A stretch of 64,000 nucleotides of DNA, taken from the NCBI RefSeq assembly GCF_009914755.1, contig NC_060928.1. One strand, 5' to 3'. A program made the position numbers and the translations under genes. Below the pieces are notes generated by a model. The model saw only the letters and a list, made by a program, of their open reading frames with translations. It did no database searches and was not told where the DNA came from. Source of the DNA: the human T2T-CHM13v2.0 reference genome, Homo sapiens. This document shows, one piece after another, positions 1 through 12,928 of this stretch; position 1 is the first letter of the stretch; the number at the start of each line of letters is the position of its first letter.

Positions 1-153
1 ATATCTTCCCATAAAAACTAGACAGAAGCCGTCTCAGAAACTTGTTTGTGATGTGTGTATTCAACTAACAGAGTTGAACATTTCTGTTACAGAGCAATTT
101 TAAAACACTCTTTTTGTGGAATCTGAAAGTGGATAATTGGATAGCTTTGTGGA

Positions 154-170
154 TTTCGTTGGAAACGGGA
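154..170 (+). other. Intact CENP-B box (m1); representative of 8 intact boxes per HOR
   Basis: TTTCGTTGGAAACGGGA matches NTTCGNNNNANNCGGGN. The other intact boxes in copy 1 are 492-508 (m3), 834-850 (m5), 1346-1362 (m8), 1854-1870 (m11), 2195-2211 (m13), 2876-2892 (m17) and 3046-3062 (m18). Confidence 0.95.
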
Positions 171-1003
171 TGACGTATAAAATCTAGAGAGAAGCATTCT
201 CAGGAACTTCTTTCTGATGTTTGCATTCAAGTCACAGAATTGAACATTCCTTTTCATAGTGCAGGTTTGAAACACTCTTTCTGTAGTATCTGGAAGTGGA
301 CATTTCAAGCGCTTTCAGGCCTACGGGGAGAAAGGAAATATCTTCAAATAAAAACTAGACAGAAGGATTCTCAGAAACTTATTTGTGATGTGTGTCCTAA
401 ACGAACACAGTTGAACCTTTGTTTTGATACAGCATTTTGGAAACACTCCTTTTGTAGGATCTGCAGGTGGATATTTGGATAGATTTTAAGATTTCGTTGG
501 AAACGGGAGTTTCTTCATAGAAACTCAAGACAGATGCATTCTCAGAAACATCTCTGTGATGTTTGCATTCCACTCATAGAGTTGAAAACTTCCTTTCATA
601 GAGCAGGTTTGAAACACTCTTTTTGTAATATTTGGAACTGGACATTTGCAGCACTTTGAGGCCTATGGTGAAAAAGGAAATATCTTCTCATAAAAACCAG
701 AAACAAGCATTCTCAGAAACTTCTTTTTGATGTGTGTACTCAAGTAACAGAGTTGAACCTTCCTTTTGACACAGCAGTTTTGAAACAATCTTTTTGTAGA
801 ATCTGCAAGTGGATATTTGGATAGCTTTGAGGATTTCGTTGGAAACGGGATATCTTCATATAAAATCTAGACAGAAGCATTCTCAGAAACTTCTTTGTGC
901 TGTATGCCCTCAATTAACAGAGTTGAACCATTGCTTGGATACAGCATTTTGGAAACATTCCTTGAGTAGATTCTGCAAGTTGATATTTAGATAGATTTGA
1001 AGA

Positions 1004-1020
1004 TTTCATTGGAAAAGGGA
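1004..1020 (+). other. Degenerate CENP-B box (m6)
   Basis: TTTCATTGGAAAAGGGA here and TTTCGTTGGAAAAGGGA in most other copies; the CGGG core is lost. Confidence 0.9.
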
Positions 1021-1683
1021 ATATCTCCATAGAAAATCTAGAGGGAAGCATTCTCAGAAACTGCTTTGTGATGTTTCCATTCAAGTCACAGAGTTGAATA
1101 TTCCCTTTTATAGAGCACGTTTGAAACACTCTTTCTGCACTATCTGGAAGTGGACATTTCGAGCGCTTTGAGGCCTATGGTGAAAAAGGAAATATCTTCC
1201 CATAAAAACTAGACAGAAGCATTCTCAGAAACTTGTTTGTGATGTGTGTATTCAACTAACAGAGTTGAACTTTTGTTTTTACAGAGCCGTTTTAAAACAC
1301 TCTTTTTGTGGAATCAGAAAGTGGATATTCGGATGGCTCTGAGGATTTCGTTGGAAGCGGGATTACATATAAAATCTAGAGAGAAGCATTCTCAGGAACT
1401 TCTTTGTGATGTTTGCATTGAAGTCACAGAATTGAACATTCACTTTGATAGAGCAGGTTTGAAACACTCATTCTGTAGTATCTGGAAGTGGACATTTCAA
1501 GCGCTTTCAGGCCTATGGTGAGAAAGGAAATATCTTCGAATAAAAACTAGACAGAAGCATCCTCAGAAACTTATTTGTGATGTGTGTCCTCAACTAACAG
1601 AGTTGAAACTTTGTTTTGATACAGCATTTTGGAAACACTCTTTTTGTAGAATCTGCAGGTGGATATTTGGATAGCTTAGAGGG

Positions 1684-1700
1684 ATTCGTTGGAAAGGGGA
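1684..1700 (+). other. Degenerate CENP-B box (m10)
   Basis: ATTCGTTGGAAAGGGGA; GGGG replaces CGGG. Confidence 0.9.
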
Positions 1701-2532
1701 TATCTTCATATAAAATCTAGACAGAAGCATTCTCAGAAACTTATTTGTGATGTGTGTCCTCAACTAACAGAGTTGAACCTTGGTTTTGATACAGCATTTT
1801 GGAAACACTCCTTTTGTAGAATCTGCAGGTGGATATGTGGATAGCTCTGAAGATTTCGTTGGAAACGGGAATTTCTTCATATAAAATCAAACAGAAGCAT
1901 TCTCAGAAACTTCTCAGTGATGTTTGCATTCAGCTCATGGAGTTGAACACTTCCTTTCATAGAGCCGGTTTGAAACACTCTTTCTGCACTACCTGGAAGA
2001 GGACATTTCGAGCGCTTTGAGTCCTATGGTGAAAAAGGAAATATCTTCTCATAAAAACCAGAAAGAAGCATTCTCAGAAACTTCTTTGTGTTGTGTGTAC
2101 TCATGTAACAGTGTTGAACCATCCTTTTGACAGAGCAGTTTTGAAACACTCTTTTTGTAGAATCTGCAAGTGGATATTTGGATAGCTTTGAGGATTTCGT
2201 TGGAAACGGGATGACATATAATCTCTAGAGAGAAGCATACTCAGGAACTTCTTTGTGATGTTTGCATTCAAGTCACAGAATTGAACATTCCCTTTCATAG
2301 AGCAGGTTTGAAACACTCTTTCTCTAGTATCTGGAAGTGGGCATTTCAAGCGCTTTCAGGCCTATGGAGAGAAAGGAAATACCTTCAAATAAAAACTAGA
2401 CAGAAGCATTCTCAGAAACTTATTTGTGATGTGTGTCCTCAACTAACAGAGTTGAACCTTTGTTTTGATACAGCATTTTGGAAACACTCCTTTTGTAGAA
2501 TCTGCAGGTGGATATTTGGATAACTTTGAAGA

Positions 2533-2549
2533 TTTCGTTGGAAACCGGA
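2533..2549 (+). other. Degenerate CENP-B box (m15)
   Basis: TTTCGTTGGAAACCGGA; CCGG replaces CGGG. Confidence 0.9.
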
Positions 2550-5500
2550 ATATCTTCATATAAAATCAAGACAGAAGCATTCTCGGAAACATCTCTGTGA
2601 TGTTTGCATTCAACTCAGTAGAGTTGAACACTTCCTTTCATAGAGCAGGTTTGAAACACTCTTTCTGCACTACCTGGAAGCGGACATTTCGAGCGCTTTG
2701 AGGCCTATGGTGAAAAAGGAAATATCTTCTCATAAAAACCAGAAAGAAGCATTCTCAGAAACTTCTTTGTGTTGTGTGTACTCAAGTAACAGTGTTGAAC
2801 CTTCCTTTTGACACAGCAGTTTTGAAACACTCTTTTGGTAGAATCTGCAAGTGGATATTTGGATAGCTTTGAGGATTTCGTTGGAAACGGGTTATCTTCA
2901 TATAAAATCCAGACAGGAGCATTCTCAGAAACTTCTTTGTGCTGCATGTCCTCAATTCACAGAGCTGAACCTTTGTTTGGATACAGCATTTTGGAAACAT
3001 TCCTTTAGTAGAATCTGCAAGTTGATATTTAGATAGCTTTGAAGATTTCGTTGGAAACGGGAATATCTTCATAGAAAATCTAGACGGAAGCATTCTCAGA
3101 AACTGCTTTGTGATGTTTGCATTCAAGTCACAGAGTTGAATATTCCCTTTTATAGAGTAGGTTTGAAACACTCTTTCGGCACTACCTGGAAGTGGATATT
3201 TCGAGCTCTTTGAGGCCTATGGTTAAAAGGAAATATCTTCCCATAAAAACTAGACAGAAGCCGTCTCAGAAACTTGTTTGTGATGTGTGTATTCAACTAA
3301 CAGAGTTGAACATTTCTGTTACAGAGCAATTTTAAAACACTCTTTTTGTGGAATCTGAAAGTGGATAATTGGATAGCTTTGTGGATTTCGTTGGAAACGG
3401 GATGACGTATAAAATCTAGAGAGAAGCATTCTCAGGAACTTCTTTCTGATGTTTGCATTCAAGTCACAGAATTGAACATTCCTTTTCATAGTGCAGGTTT
3501 GAAACACTCTTTCTGTAGTATCTGGAAGTGGACATTTCAAGCGCTTTCAGGCCTACGGGGAGAAAGGAAATATCTTCAAATAAAAACTAGACAGAAGGAT
3601 TCTCAGAAACTTATTTGTGATGTGTGTCCTAAACGAACACAGTTGAACCTTTGTTTTGATACAGCATTTTGGAAACACTCCTTTTGTAGGATCTGCAGGT
3701 GGATATTTGGATAGATTTTAAGATTTCGTTGGAAACGGGAGTTTCTTCATAGAAACTCAAGACAGATGCATTCTCAGAAACATCTCTGTGATGTTTGCAT
3801 TCCACTCATAGAGTTGAAAACTTCCTTTCATAGAGCAGGTTTGAAACACTCTTTTTGTAATATTTGGAACTGGACATTTGCAGCACTTTGAGGCCTATGG
3901 TGAAAAAGGAAATATCTTCTCATAAAAACCAGAAACAAGCATTCTCAGAAACTTCTTTTTGATGTGTGTACTCAAGTAACAGAGTTGAACCTTCCTTTTG
4001 ACACAGCAGTTTTGAAACAATCTTTTTGTAGAATCTGCAAGTGGATATTTGGATAGCTTTGAGGATTTCGTTGGAAACGGGATATCTTCATATAAAATCT
4101 AGACAGAAGCATTCTCAGAAACTTCTTTGTGCTGTATGCCCTCAATTAACAGAGTTGAACCATTGCTTGGATACAGCATTTTGGAAACATTCCTTGAGTA
4201 GATTCTGCAAGTTGATATTTAGATAGATTTGAAGATTTCATTGGAAAAGGGAATATCTCCATAGAAAATCTAGAGGGAAGCATTCTCAGAAACTGCTTTG
4301 TGATGTTTCCATTCAAGTCACAGAGTTGAATATTCCCTTTTATAGAGCACGTTTGAAACACTCTTTCTGCACTATCTGGAAGTGGACATTTCGAGCGCTT
4401 TGAGGCCTATGGTGAAAAAGGAAATATCTTCCCATAAAAACTAGACAGAAGCATTCTCAGAAACTTGTTTGTGATGTGTGTATTCAACTAACAGAGTTGA
4501 ACTTTTGTTTTTACAGAGCCGTTTTAAAACACTCTTTTTGTGGAATCAGAAAGTGGATATTCGGATGGCTCTGAGGATTTCGTTGGAAGCGGGATTACAT
4601 ATAAAATCTAGAGAGAAGCATTCTCAGGAACTTCTTTGTGATGTTTGCATTGAAGTCACAGAATTGAACATTCACTTTGATAGAGCAGGTTTGAAACACT
4701 CATTCTGTAGTATCTGGAAGTGGACATTTCAAGCGCTTTCAGGCCTATGGTGAGAAAGGAAATATCTTCGAATAAAAACTAGACAGAAGCATCCTCAGAA
4801 ACTTATTTGTGATGTGTGTCCTCAACTAACAGAGTTGAAACTTTGTTTTGATACAGCATTTTGGAAACACTCTTTTTGTAGAATCTGCAGGTGGATATTT
4901 GGATAGCTTAGAGGGATTCGTTGGAAAGGGGATATCTTCATATAAAATCTAGACAGAAGCATTCTCAGAAACTTATTTGTGATGTGTGTCCTCAACTAAC
5001 AGAGTTGAACCTTGGTTTTGATACAGCATTTTGGAAACACTCCTTTTGTAGAATCTGCAGGTGGATATGTGGATAGCTCTGAAGATTTCGTTGGAAACGG
5101 GAATTTCTTCATATAAAATCAAACAGAAGCATTCTCAGAAACTTCTCAGTGATGTTTGCATTCAGCTCATGGAGTTGAACACTTCCTTTCATAGAGCCGG
5201 TTTGAAACACTCTTTCTGCACTACCTGGAAGAGGACATTTCGAGCGCTTTGAGTCCTATGGTGAAAAAGGAAATATCTTCTCATAAAAACCAGAAAGAAG
5301 CATTCTCAGAAACTTCTTTGTGTTGTGTGTACTCATGTAACAGTGTTGAACCATCCTTTTGACAGAGCAGTTTTGAAACACTCTTTTTGTAGAATCTGCA
5401 AGTGGATATTTGGATAGCTTTGAGGATTTCGTTGGAAACGGGATGACATATAATCTCTAGAGAGAAGCATACTCAGGAACTTCTTTGTGATGTTTGCATT

Positions 5501-8500
5501 CAAGTCACAGAATTGAACATTCCCTTTCATAGAGCAGGTTTGAAACACTCTTTCTCTAGTATCTGGAAGTGGGCATTTCAAGCGCTTTCAGGCCTATGGA
5601 GAGAAAGGAAATACCTTCAAATAAAAACTAGACAGAAGCATTCTCAGAAACTTATTTGTGATGTGTGTCCTCAACTAACAGAGTTGAACCTTTGTTTTGA
5701 TACAGCATTTTGGAAACACTCCTTTTGTAGAATCTGCAGGTGGATATTTGGATAACTTTGAAGATTTCGTTGGAAACCGGAATATCTTCATATAAAATCA
5801 AGACAGAAGCATTCTCGGAAACATCTCTGTGATGTTTGCATTCAACTCAGTAGAGTTGAACACTTCCTTTCATAGAGCAGGTTTGAAACACTCTTTCTGC
5901 ACTACCTGGAAGCGGACATTTCGAGCGCTTTGAGGCCTATGGTGAAAAAGGAAATATCTTCTCATAAAAACCAGAAAGAAGCATTCTCAGAAACTTCTTT
6001 GTGTTGTGTGTACTCAAGTAACAGTGTTGAACCTTCCTTTTGACACAGCAGTTTTGAAACACTCTTTTGGTAGAATCTGCAAGTGGATATTTGGATAGCT
6101 TTGAGGATTTCGTTGGAAACGGGTTATCTTCATATAAAATCCAGACAGGAGCATTCTCAGAAACTTCTTTGTGCTGCATGTCCTCAATTCACAGAGCTGA
6201 ACCTTTGTTTGGATACAGCATTTTGGAAACATTCCTTTAGTAGAATCTGCAAGTTGATATTTAGATAGCTTTGAAGATTTCGTTGGAAACGGGAATATCT
6301 TCATAGAAAATCTAGACGGAAGCATTCTCAGAAACTGCTTTGTGATGTTTGCATTCAAGTCACAGAGTTGAATATTCCCTTTTATAGAGTAGGTTTGAAA
6401 CACTCTTTCGGCACTACCTGGAAGTGGATATTTCGAGCTCTTTGAGGCCTATGGTTAAAAGGAAATATCTTCCCATAAAAACTAGACAGAAGCCGTCTCA
6501 GAAACTTGTTTGTGATGTGTGTATTCAACTAACAGAGTTGAACATTTCTGTTACAGAGCAATTTTAAAACACTCTTTTTGTGGAATCTGAAAGTGGATAA
6601 TTGGATAGCTTTGTGGATTTCGTTGGAAACGGGATGACGTATAAAATCTAGAGAGAAGCATTCTCAGGAACTTCTTTCTGATGTTTGCATTCAAGTCACA
6701 GAATTGAACATTCCTTTTCATAGTGCAGGTTTGAAACACTCTTTCTGTAGTATCTGGAAGTGGACATTTCAAGCGCTTTCAGGCCTACGGGGAGAAAGGA
6801 AATATCTTCAAATAAAAACTAGACAGAAGGATTCTCAGAAACTTATTTGTGATGTGTGTCCTAAACGAACACAGTTGAACCTTTGTTTTGATACAGCATT
6901 TTGGAAACACTCCTTTTGTAGGATCTGCAGGTGGATATTTGGATAGATTTTAAGATTTCGTTGGAAACGGGAGTTTCTTCATAGAAACTCAAGACAGATG
7001 CATTCTCAGAAACATCTCTGTGATGTTTGCATTCCACTCATAGAGTTGAAAACTTCCTTTCATAGAGCAGGTTTGAAACACTCTTTTTGTAATATTTGGA
7101 ACTGGACATTTGCAGCACTTTGAGGCCTATGGTGAAAAAGGAAATATCTTCTCATAAAAACCAGAAACAAGCATTCTCAGAAACTTCTTTTTGATGTGTG
7201 TACTCAAGTAACAGAGTTGAACCTTCCTTTTGACACAGCAGTTTTGAAACAATCTTTTTGTAGAATCTGCAAGTGGATATTTGGATAGCTTTGAGGATTT
7301 CGTTGGAAACGGGATATCTTCATATAAAATCTAGACAGAAGCATTCTCAGAAACTTCTTTGTGCTGTATGCCCTCAATTAACAGAGTTGAACCATTGCTT
7401 GGATACAGCATTTTGGAAACATTCCTTGAGTAGATTCTGCAAGTTGATATTTAGATAGATTTGAAGATTTCATTGGAAAAGGGAATATCTCCATATAAAA
7501 TCTAGAGGGAAGCATTCTCAGAAACTGCTTTGTGATGTTTCCATTCAAGTCACAGAGTTGAATATTCCCTTTTATAGAGCACGTTTGAAACACTCTTTCT
7601 GCACTATCTGGAAGTGGACATTTCGAGCGCTTTGAGGCCTATGGTGAAAAAGGAAATATCTTCCCATAAAAACTAGACAGAAGCATTCTCAGAAACTTGT
7701 TTGTGATGTGTGTATTCAACTAACAGAGTTGAACTTTTGTTTTTACAGAGCCGTTTTAAAACACTCTTTTTGTGGAATCAGAAAGTGGATATTCGGATGG
7801 CTCTGAGGATTTCGTTGGAAGCGGGATTACATATAAAATCTAGAGAGAAGCATTCTCAGGAACATCTTTGTGATGTTTGCATTGAAGTCACAGAATTGAA
7901 CATTCACTTTGATAGAGCAGGTTTGAAACACTCATTCTGTAGTATCTGGAAGTGGACATTTCAAGCGCTTTCAGGCCTATGGTGAGAAAGGAAATATCTT
8001 CGAATAAAAGCTAGACAGAAGCATCCTCAGAAACTTATTTGTGATGTGTGTCCTCAACTAACAGAGTTGAAACTTTGTTTTGATACAGCATTTTGGAAAC
8101 ACTCTTTTTGTAGAATCTGCAGGTGGATATTTGGATAGCTTAGAGGGATTCGTTGGAAAGGGGATATCTTCATATAAAATCTAGACAGAAGCATTCTCAG
8201 AAACTTATTTGTGATGTGTGTCCTCAACTAACAGAGTTGAACCTTGGTTTTGATACAGCATTTTGGAAACGCTCCTTTTGTAGAATCTGCAGGTGGATAT
8301 GTGGATAGCTCTGAAGATTTCGTTGGAAACGGGAATTTCTTCATATAAAATCAAACAGAAGCATTCTCAGAAACTTCTCAGTGATGTTTGCATTCAGCTC
8401 ATGGAGTTGAACACTTCCTTTCATAGAACCGGTTTGAAACACTCTTTCTGCACTACCTGGAAGAGGACATTTCGAGCGCTTTGAGTCCTATGGTGAAAAA

Positions 8501-11500
8501 GGAAATATCTTCTCATAAAAACCAGAAAGAAGCATTCTCAGAAACTTCTTTGTGTTGTGTGTACTCATGTAACAGTGTTGAACCATCCTTTTGACAGAGC
8601 AGTTTTGAAACACTCTTTTTGTAGAATCTGCAAGTGGATATTTGGATAGCTTTGAGGATTTCGTTGGAAACGGGATGACATATAATATCTAGAGAGAAGC
8701 ATTCTCAGGAACTTCTTTGTGATGTTTGCATTCAAGTCACAGAATTGAACATTCCCTTTCATAGAGCAGGTTTGAAACACTCTTTCTCTAGTATCTGGAA
8801 GTGGGCATTTCAAGCGCTTTCAGGCCTATGGAGAGAAAGGAAATACCTTCAAATAAAAACTAGACAGAAGCATTCTCAGAAACTTATTTGTGATGTGTGT
8901 CCTCAACTAACAGAGTTGAACCTTTGTTTTGATACAGCATTTTGGAAACACTCCTTTTGTAGAATCTGCAGGTGGATATTTGGATAACTTTGAAGATTTC
9001 GTTGGAAACCGGAATATCTTCATATAAAATCAAGACAGAAGCATTCTCGGAAACATCTCTGTGATGTTTGCATTCAACTCAGTAGAGTTGAACACTTCCT
9101 TTCATAGAGCCGGTTTGAAACACTCTTTCTGCACTACCTGGAAGCGGACATTTCGAGCGCTTTGAGGCCTATGGTGAAAAAGGAAATATCTTCTCATAAA
9201 AACCAGAAAGAAGCATTCTCAGAAACTTCTTTGTGTTGTGTGTACTCAAGTAACAGTGTTGAACCTTCCTTTTGACACAGCAGTTTTGAAACACTCTTTT
9301 GGTAGAATCTGCAAGTGGATATTTGGATAGCTTTGAGGATTTCGTTGGAAACGGGTTATCTTCATATAAAATCCAGACAGGAGCATTCTCAGAAACTTCT
9401 TTGTGCTGCATGTCCTCAATTCACAGAGCTGAACCTTTGTTTGGATACAGCATTTTGGAAACATTCCTTTAGTAGAATCTGCAAGTTGATATTTAGATAG
9501 CTTTGAAGATTTCGTTGGAAACGGGAATATCTTCATAGAACATCTAGACGGAAGCATTCTCAGAAACTGCTTTGTGATGTTTGCATTCAAGTCACAGAGT
9601 TGAATATTCCCTTTTATAGAGTAGGTTTGAAACACTCTTTTGGCACTACCTGGAAGTGGATATTTCGAGCTCTTTGAGGCCTATGGTTAAAAGGAAATAT
9701 CTTCCCATAAAAACTAGACAGAAGCCGTCTCAGAAACTTGTTTGTGATGTGTGTGTTCAACTAACAGAGTTGAACATTTCTGTTACAGAGCAATTTTAAA
9801 ACACTCTTTTTGTGGAATCTGAAAGTGGATAATTGGATAGCTTTGTGGATTTCGTTGGAAACGGGATGACGTATAAAATCTAGAGAGAAGCATTCTCAGG
9901 AACTTCTTTCTGATGTTTGCATTCAAGTCACAGAATTGAACATTCCTTTTCATAGTGCAGGTTTGAAACACTCTTTCTGTAGTATCTGGAAGTGGACATT
10001 TCAAGCGCTTTCAGGCCTACGGGGAGAAAGGAAATATCTTCAAATAAAAACTAGACAGAAGGATTCTCAGAAACTTATTTGTGATGTGTGTCCTAAACGA
10101 ACACAGTTGAACCTTTGTTTTGATACAGCATTTTGGAAACACTCCTTTTGTAGGATCTGCAGGTGGATATTTGGATAGATTTTAAGATTTCGTTGGAAAC
10201 GGGAGTTTCTTCATAGAAACTCAAGACAGATGCATTCTCAGAAACATCTCTGTGATGTTTGCATTCCACTCATAGAGTTGAAAACTTCCTTTCATAGAGC
10301 AGGTTTGAAACACTCTTTTTGTAATATTTGGAAGTGGACATTTGCAGCGCTTTGAGGCCTATGGTGAAAAAGGAAATATCTTCTCATAAAAACCAGAAAC
10401 AAGCATTCTCAGAAACTTCTTTTTGATGTGTGTACTCAAGTAACAGAGTTGAACCTTCCTTTTGACACAGCAGTTTTGAAACAATCTTTTTGTAGAATCT
10501 GCAAGTGGATATTTGGATAGCTTTGAGGATTTCGTTGGAAACGGGATATCTTCATATAAAATCTAGACAGAAGCATTCTCAGAAACTTCTTTGTGCTGTA
10601 TGTCCTCAATTAACAGAGTTGAACCATTGCTTGGATACAGCATTTTGGAAACATTCCTTGAGTAGAATCTGCAAGTTGATATTTAGATAGATTTGAAGAT
10701 TTCGTTGGAAAAGGGAATATCTCCATAGAAAATCTAGAGGGAAGCATTCTCAGAAACTGCTTTGTGATGTTTCCATTCAAGTCACAGAGTTGAATATTCC
10801 CTTTTATAGAGCACGTTTGAAACACTCTTTCTGCACTATCTGGAAGTGGACATTTCGAGCGCTTTGAGGCCTATGGTGAAAAAGGAAATATCTTCCCATA
10901 AAAACTAGACAGAAGCATTCTCAGAAACTTGTTTGTGATGTGTGTATTCAACTAACAGAGTTGAACTTTTGTTTTTACAGAGCCGTTTTAAAACACTCTT
11001 TTTGTGGAATCAGAAAGTGGATATTCGGATGGCTCTGAGGATTTCGTTGGAAGCGGGATTACATATAAAATCTAGAGAGAAGCATTCTCAGGAACTTCTT
11101 TGTGATGTTTGCATTGAAGTCACAGAATTGAACATTCACTTTGATAGAGCAGGTTTGAAACACTCATTCTGTAGTATCTGGAAGTGGACATTTCAAGCGC
11201 TTTCAGGCCTATGGTGAGAAAGGAAATATCTTCGAATAAAAACTAGACAGAAGCATCCTCAGAAACTTATTTGTGATGTGTGTCCTCAACTAACAGAGTT
11301 GAAACTTTGTTTTGATACAGCATTTTGGAAACACTCTTTTTGTAGAATCTGCAGGTGGATATTTGGATAGCTTAGAGGGATTCGTTGGAAAGGGGATATC
11401 TTCATATAAAATCTAGACAGAAGCATTCTCAGAAACTTATTTGTGATGTGTGTCCTCAACTAACAGAGTTGAACCTTGGTTTTGATACAGCATTTTGGAA

Positions 11501-12928
11501 ACACTCCTTTTGTAGAATCTGCAGGTGGATATGTGGATAGCTCTGAAGATTTCGTTGGAAACGGGAATTTCTTCATATAAAATCAAACAGAAGCATTCTC
11601 AGAAACTTCTCAGTGATGTTTGCATTCAGCTCATGGAGTTGAACACTTCCTTTCATAGAGCAGGTTTGAAACACTCTTTCTGCACTACCTGGAAGAGGAC
11701 ATTTCGAGCGCTTTGAGTCCTATGGTGAAAAAGGAAATATCTTCTCATAAAAACCAGAAAGAAGCATTCTCAGAAACTTCTTTGTGTTGTGTGTACTCAT
11801 GTAACAGTGTTGAACCATCCTTTTGACAGAGCAGTTTTGAAACACTCTTTTTGTAGAATCTGCAAGTGGATATTTGGATAGCTTTGAGGATTTCGTTGGA
11901 AACGGGATGACATATAATATCTAGAGAGAAGCATACTCAGGAACTTCTTTGTGATGTTTGCATTCAAGTCACAGAATTGAACATTCCCTTTCATAGAGCA
12001 GGTTTGAAACACTCTTTCTCTAGTATCTGGAAGTGGGCATTTCAAGCGCTTTCAGGCCTATGGAGAGAAAGGAAATACCTTCAAATAAAAACTAGACAGA
12101 AGCATTCTCAGAAACTTATTTGTGATGTGTGTCCTCAACTAACAGAGTTGAACCTTTGTTTTGATACAGCATTTTGGAAACACTCCTTTTGTAGAATCTG
12201 CAGGTGGATATTTGGATAACTTTGAAGATTTCGTTGGAAACCGGAATATCTTCATATAAAATCAAGACAGAAGCATTCTCGGAAACATCTCTGTGATGTT
12301 TGCATTCAACTCAGTAGAGTTGAACACTTCCTTTCATAGAGCAGGTTTGAAACACTCTTTCTGCACTACCTGGAAGCGGACATTTCGAGCGCTTTGAGGC
12401 CTATGGTGAAAAAGGAAATATCTTCTCATAAAAACCAGAAAGAAGCATTCTCAGAAACTTCTTTGTGTTGTGTGTACTCAAGTAACAGTGTTGAACCTTC
12501 CTTTTGACACAGCAGTTTTGAAACACTCTTTTGGTAGAATCTGCAAGTGGATATTTGGATAGCTTTGAGGATTTCGTTGGAAACGGGTTATCTTCATATA
12601 AAATCCAGACAGGAGCATTCTCAGAAACTTCTTTGTGCTGCATGTCCTCAATTCACAGAGCTGAACCTTTGTTTGGATACAGCATTTTGGAAACATTCCT
12701 TTAGTAGAATCTGCAAGTTGATATTTAGATAGCTTTGAAGATTTCGTTGGAAACGGGAATATCTTCATAGAACATCTAGACGGAAGCATTCTCAGAAACT
12801 GCTTTGTGATGTTTGCATTCAAGTCACAGAGTTGAATATTCCCTTTTATAGAGTAGGTTTGAAACACTCTTTTGGCACTACCTGGAAGTGGATATTTCGA
12901 GCTCTTTGAGGCCTATGGTTAAAAGGAA

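Larger units (their letters stand above)
1..12928 (+). repeat. Four canonical 19-mer HOR copies (starts 1, 3233, 6465, 9697)
   Basis: The marker GACAGAAGCCGTCTCAG recurs every 3232 bp. Monomer starts in copy 1 are 29, 195, 366, 537, 708, 878, 1049, 1220, 1387, 1558, 1728, 1898, 2069, 2236, 2407, 2578, 2750, 2920 and 3091; the next m1 is at 3261. Confidence 0.96.

Noticed and set aside
175-182. TATA-like motifs (TATAAAAT) downstream of CENP-B boxes as promoters
   Set aside because: They are part of the monomer consensus and are repeated throughout. Sequence alone cannot support promoter function, although low-level alpha-satellite transcription is known.
154-3062. Regularly spaced 17-bp motif resembling a CRISPR-like repeat/spacer array
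   Set aside because: The motifs are CENP-B boxes. The intervening sequences are homologous satellite monomers rather than unique spacers, and no cas genes are present.
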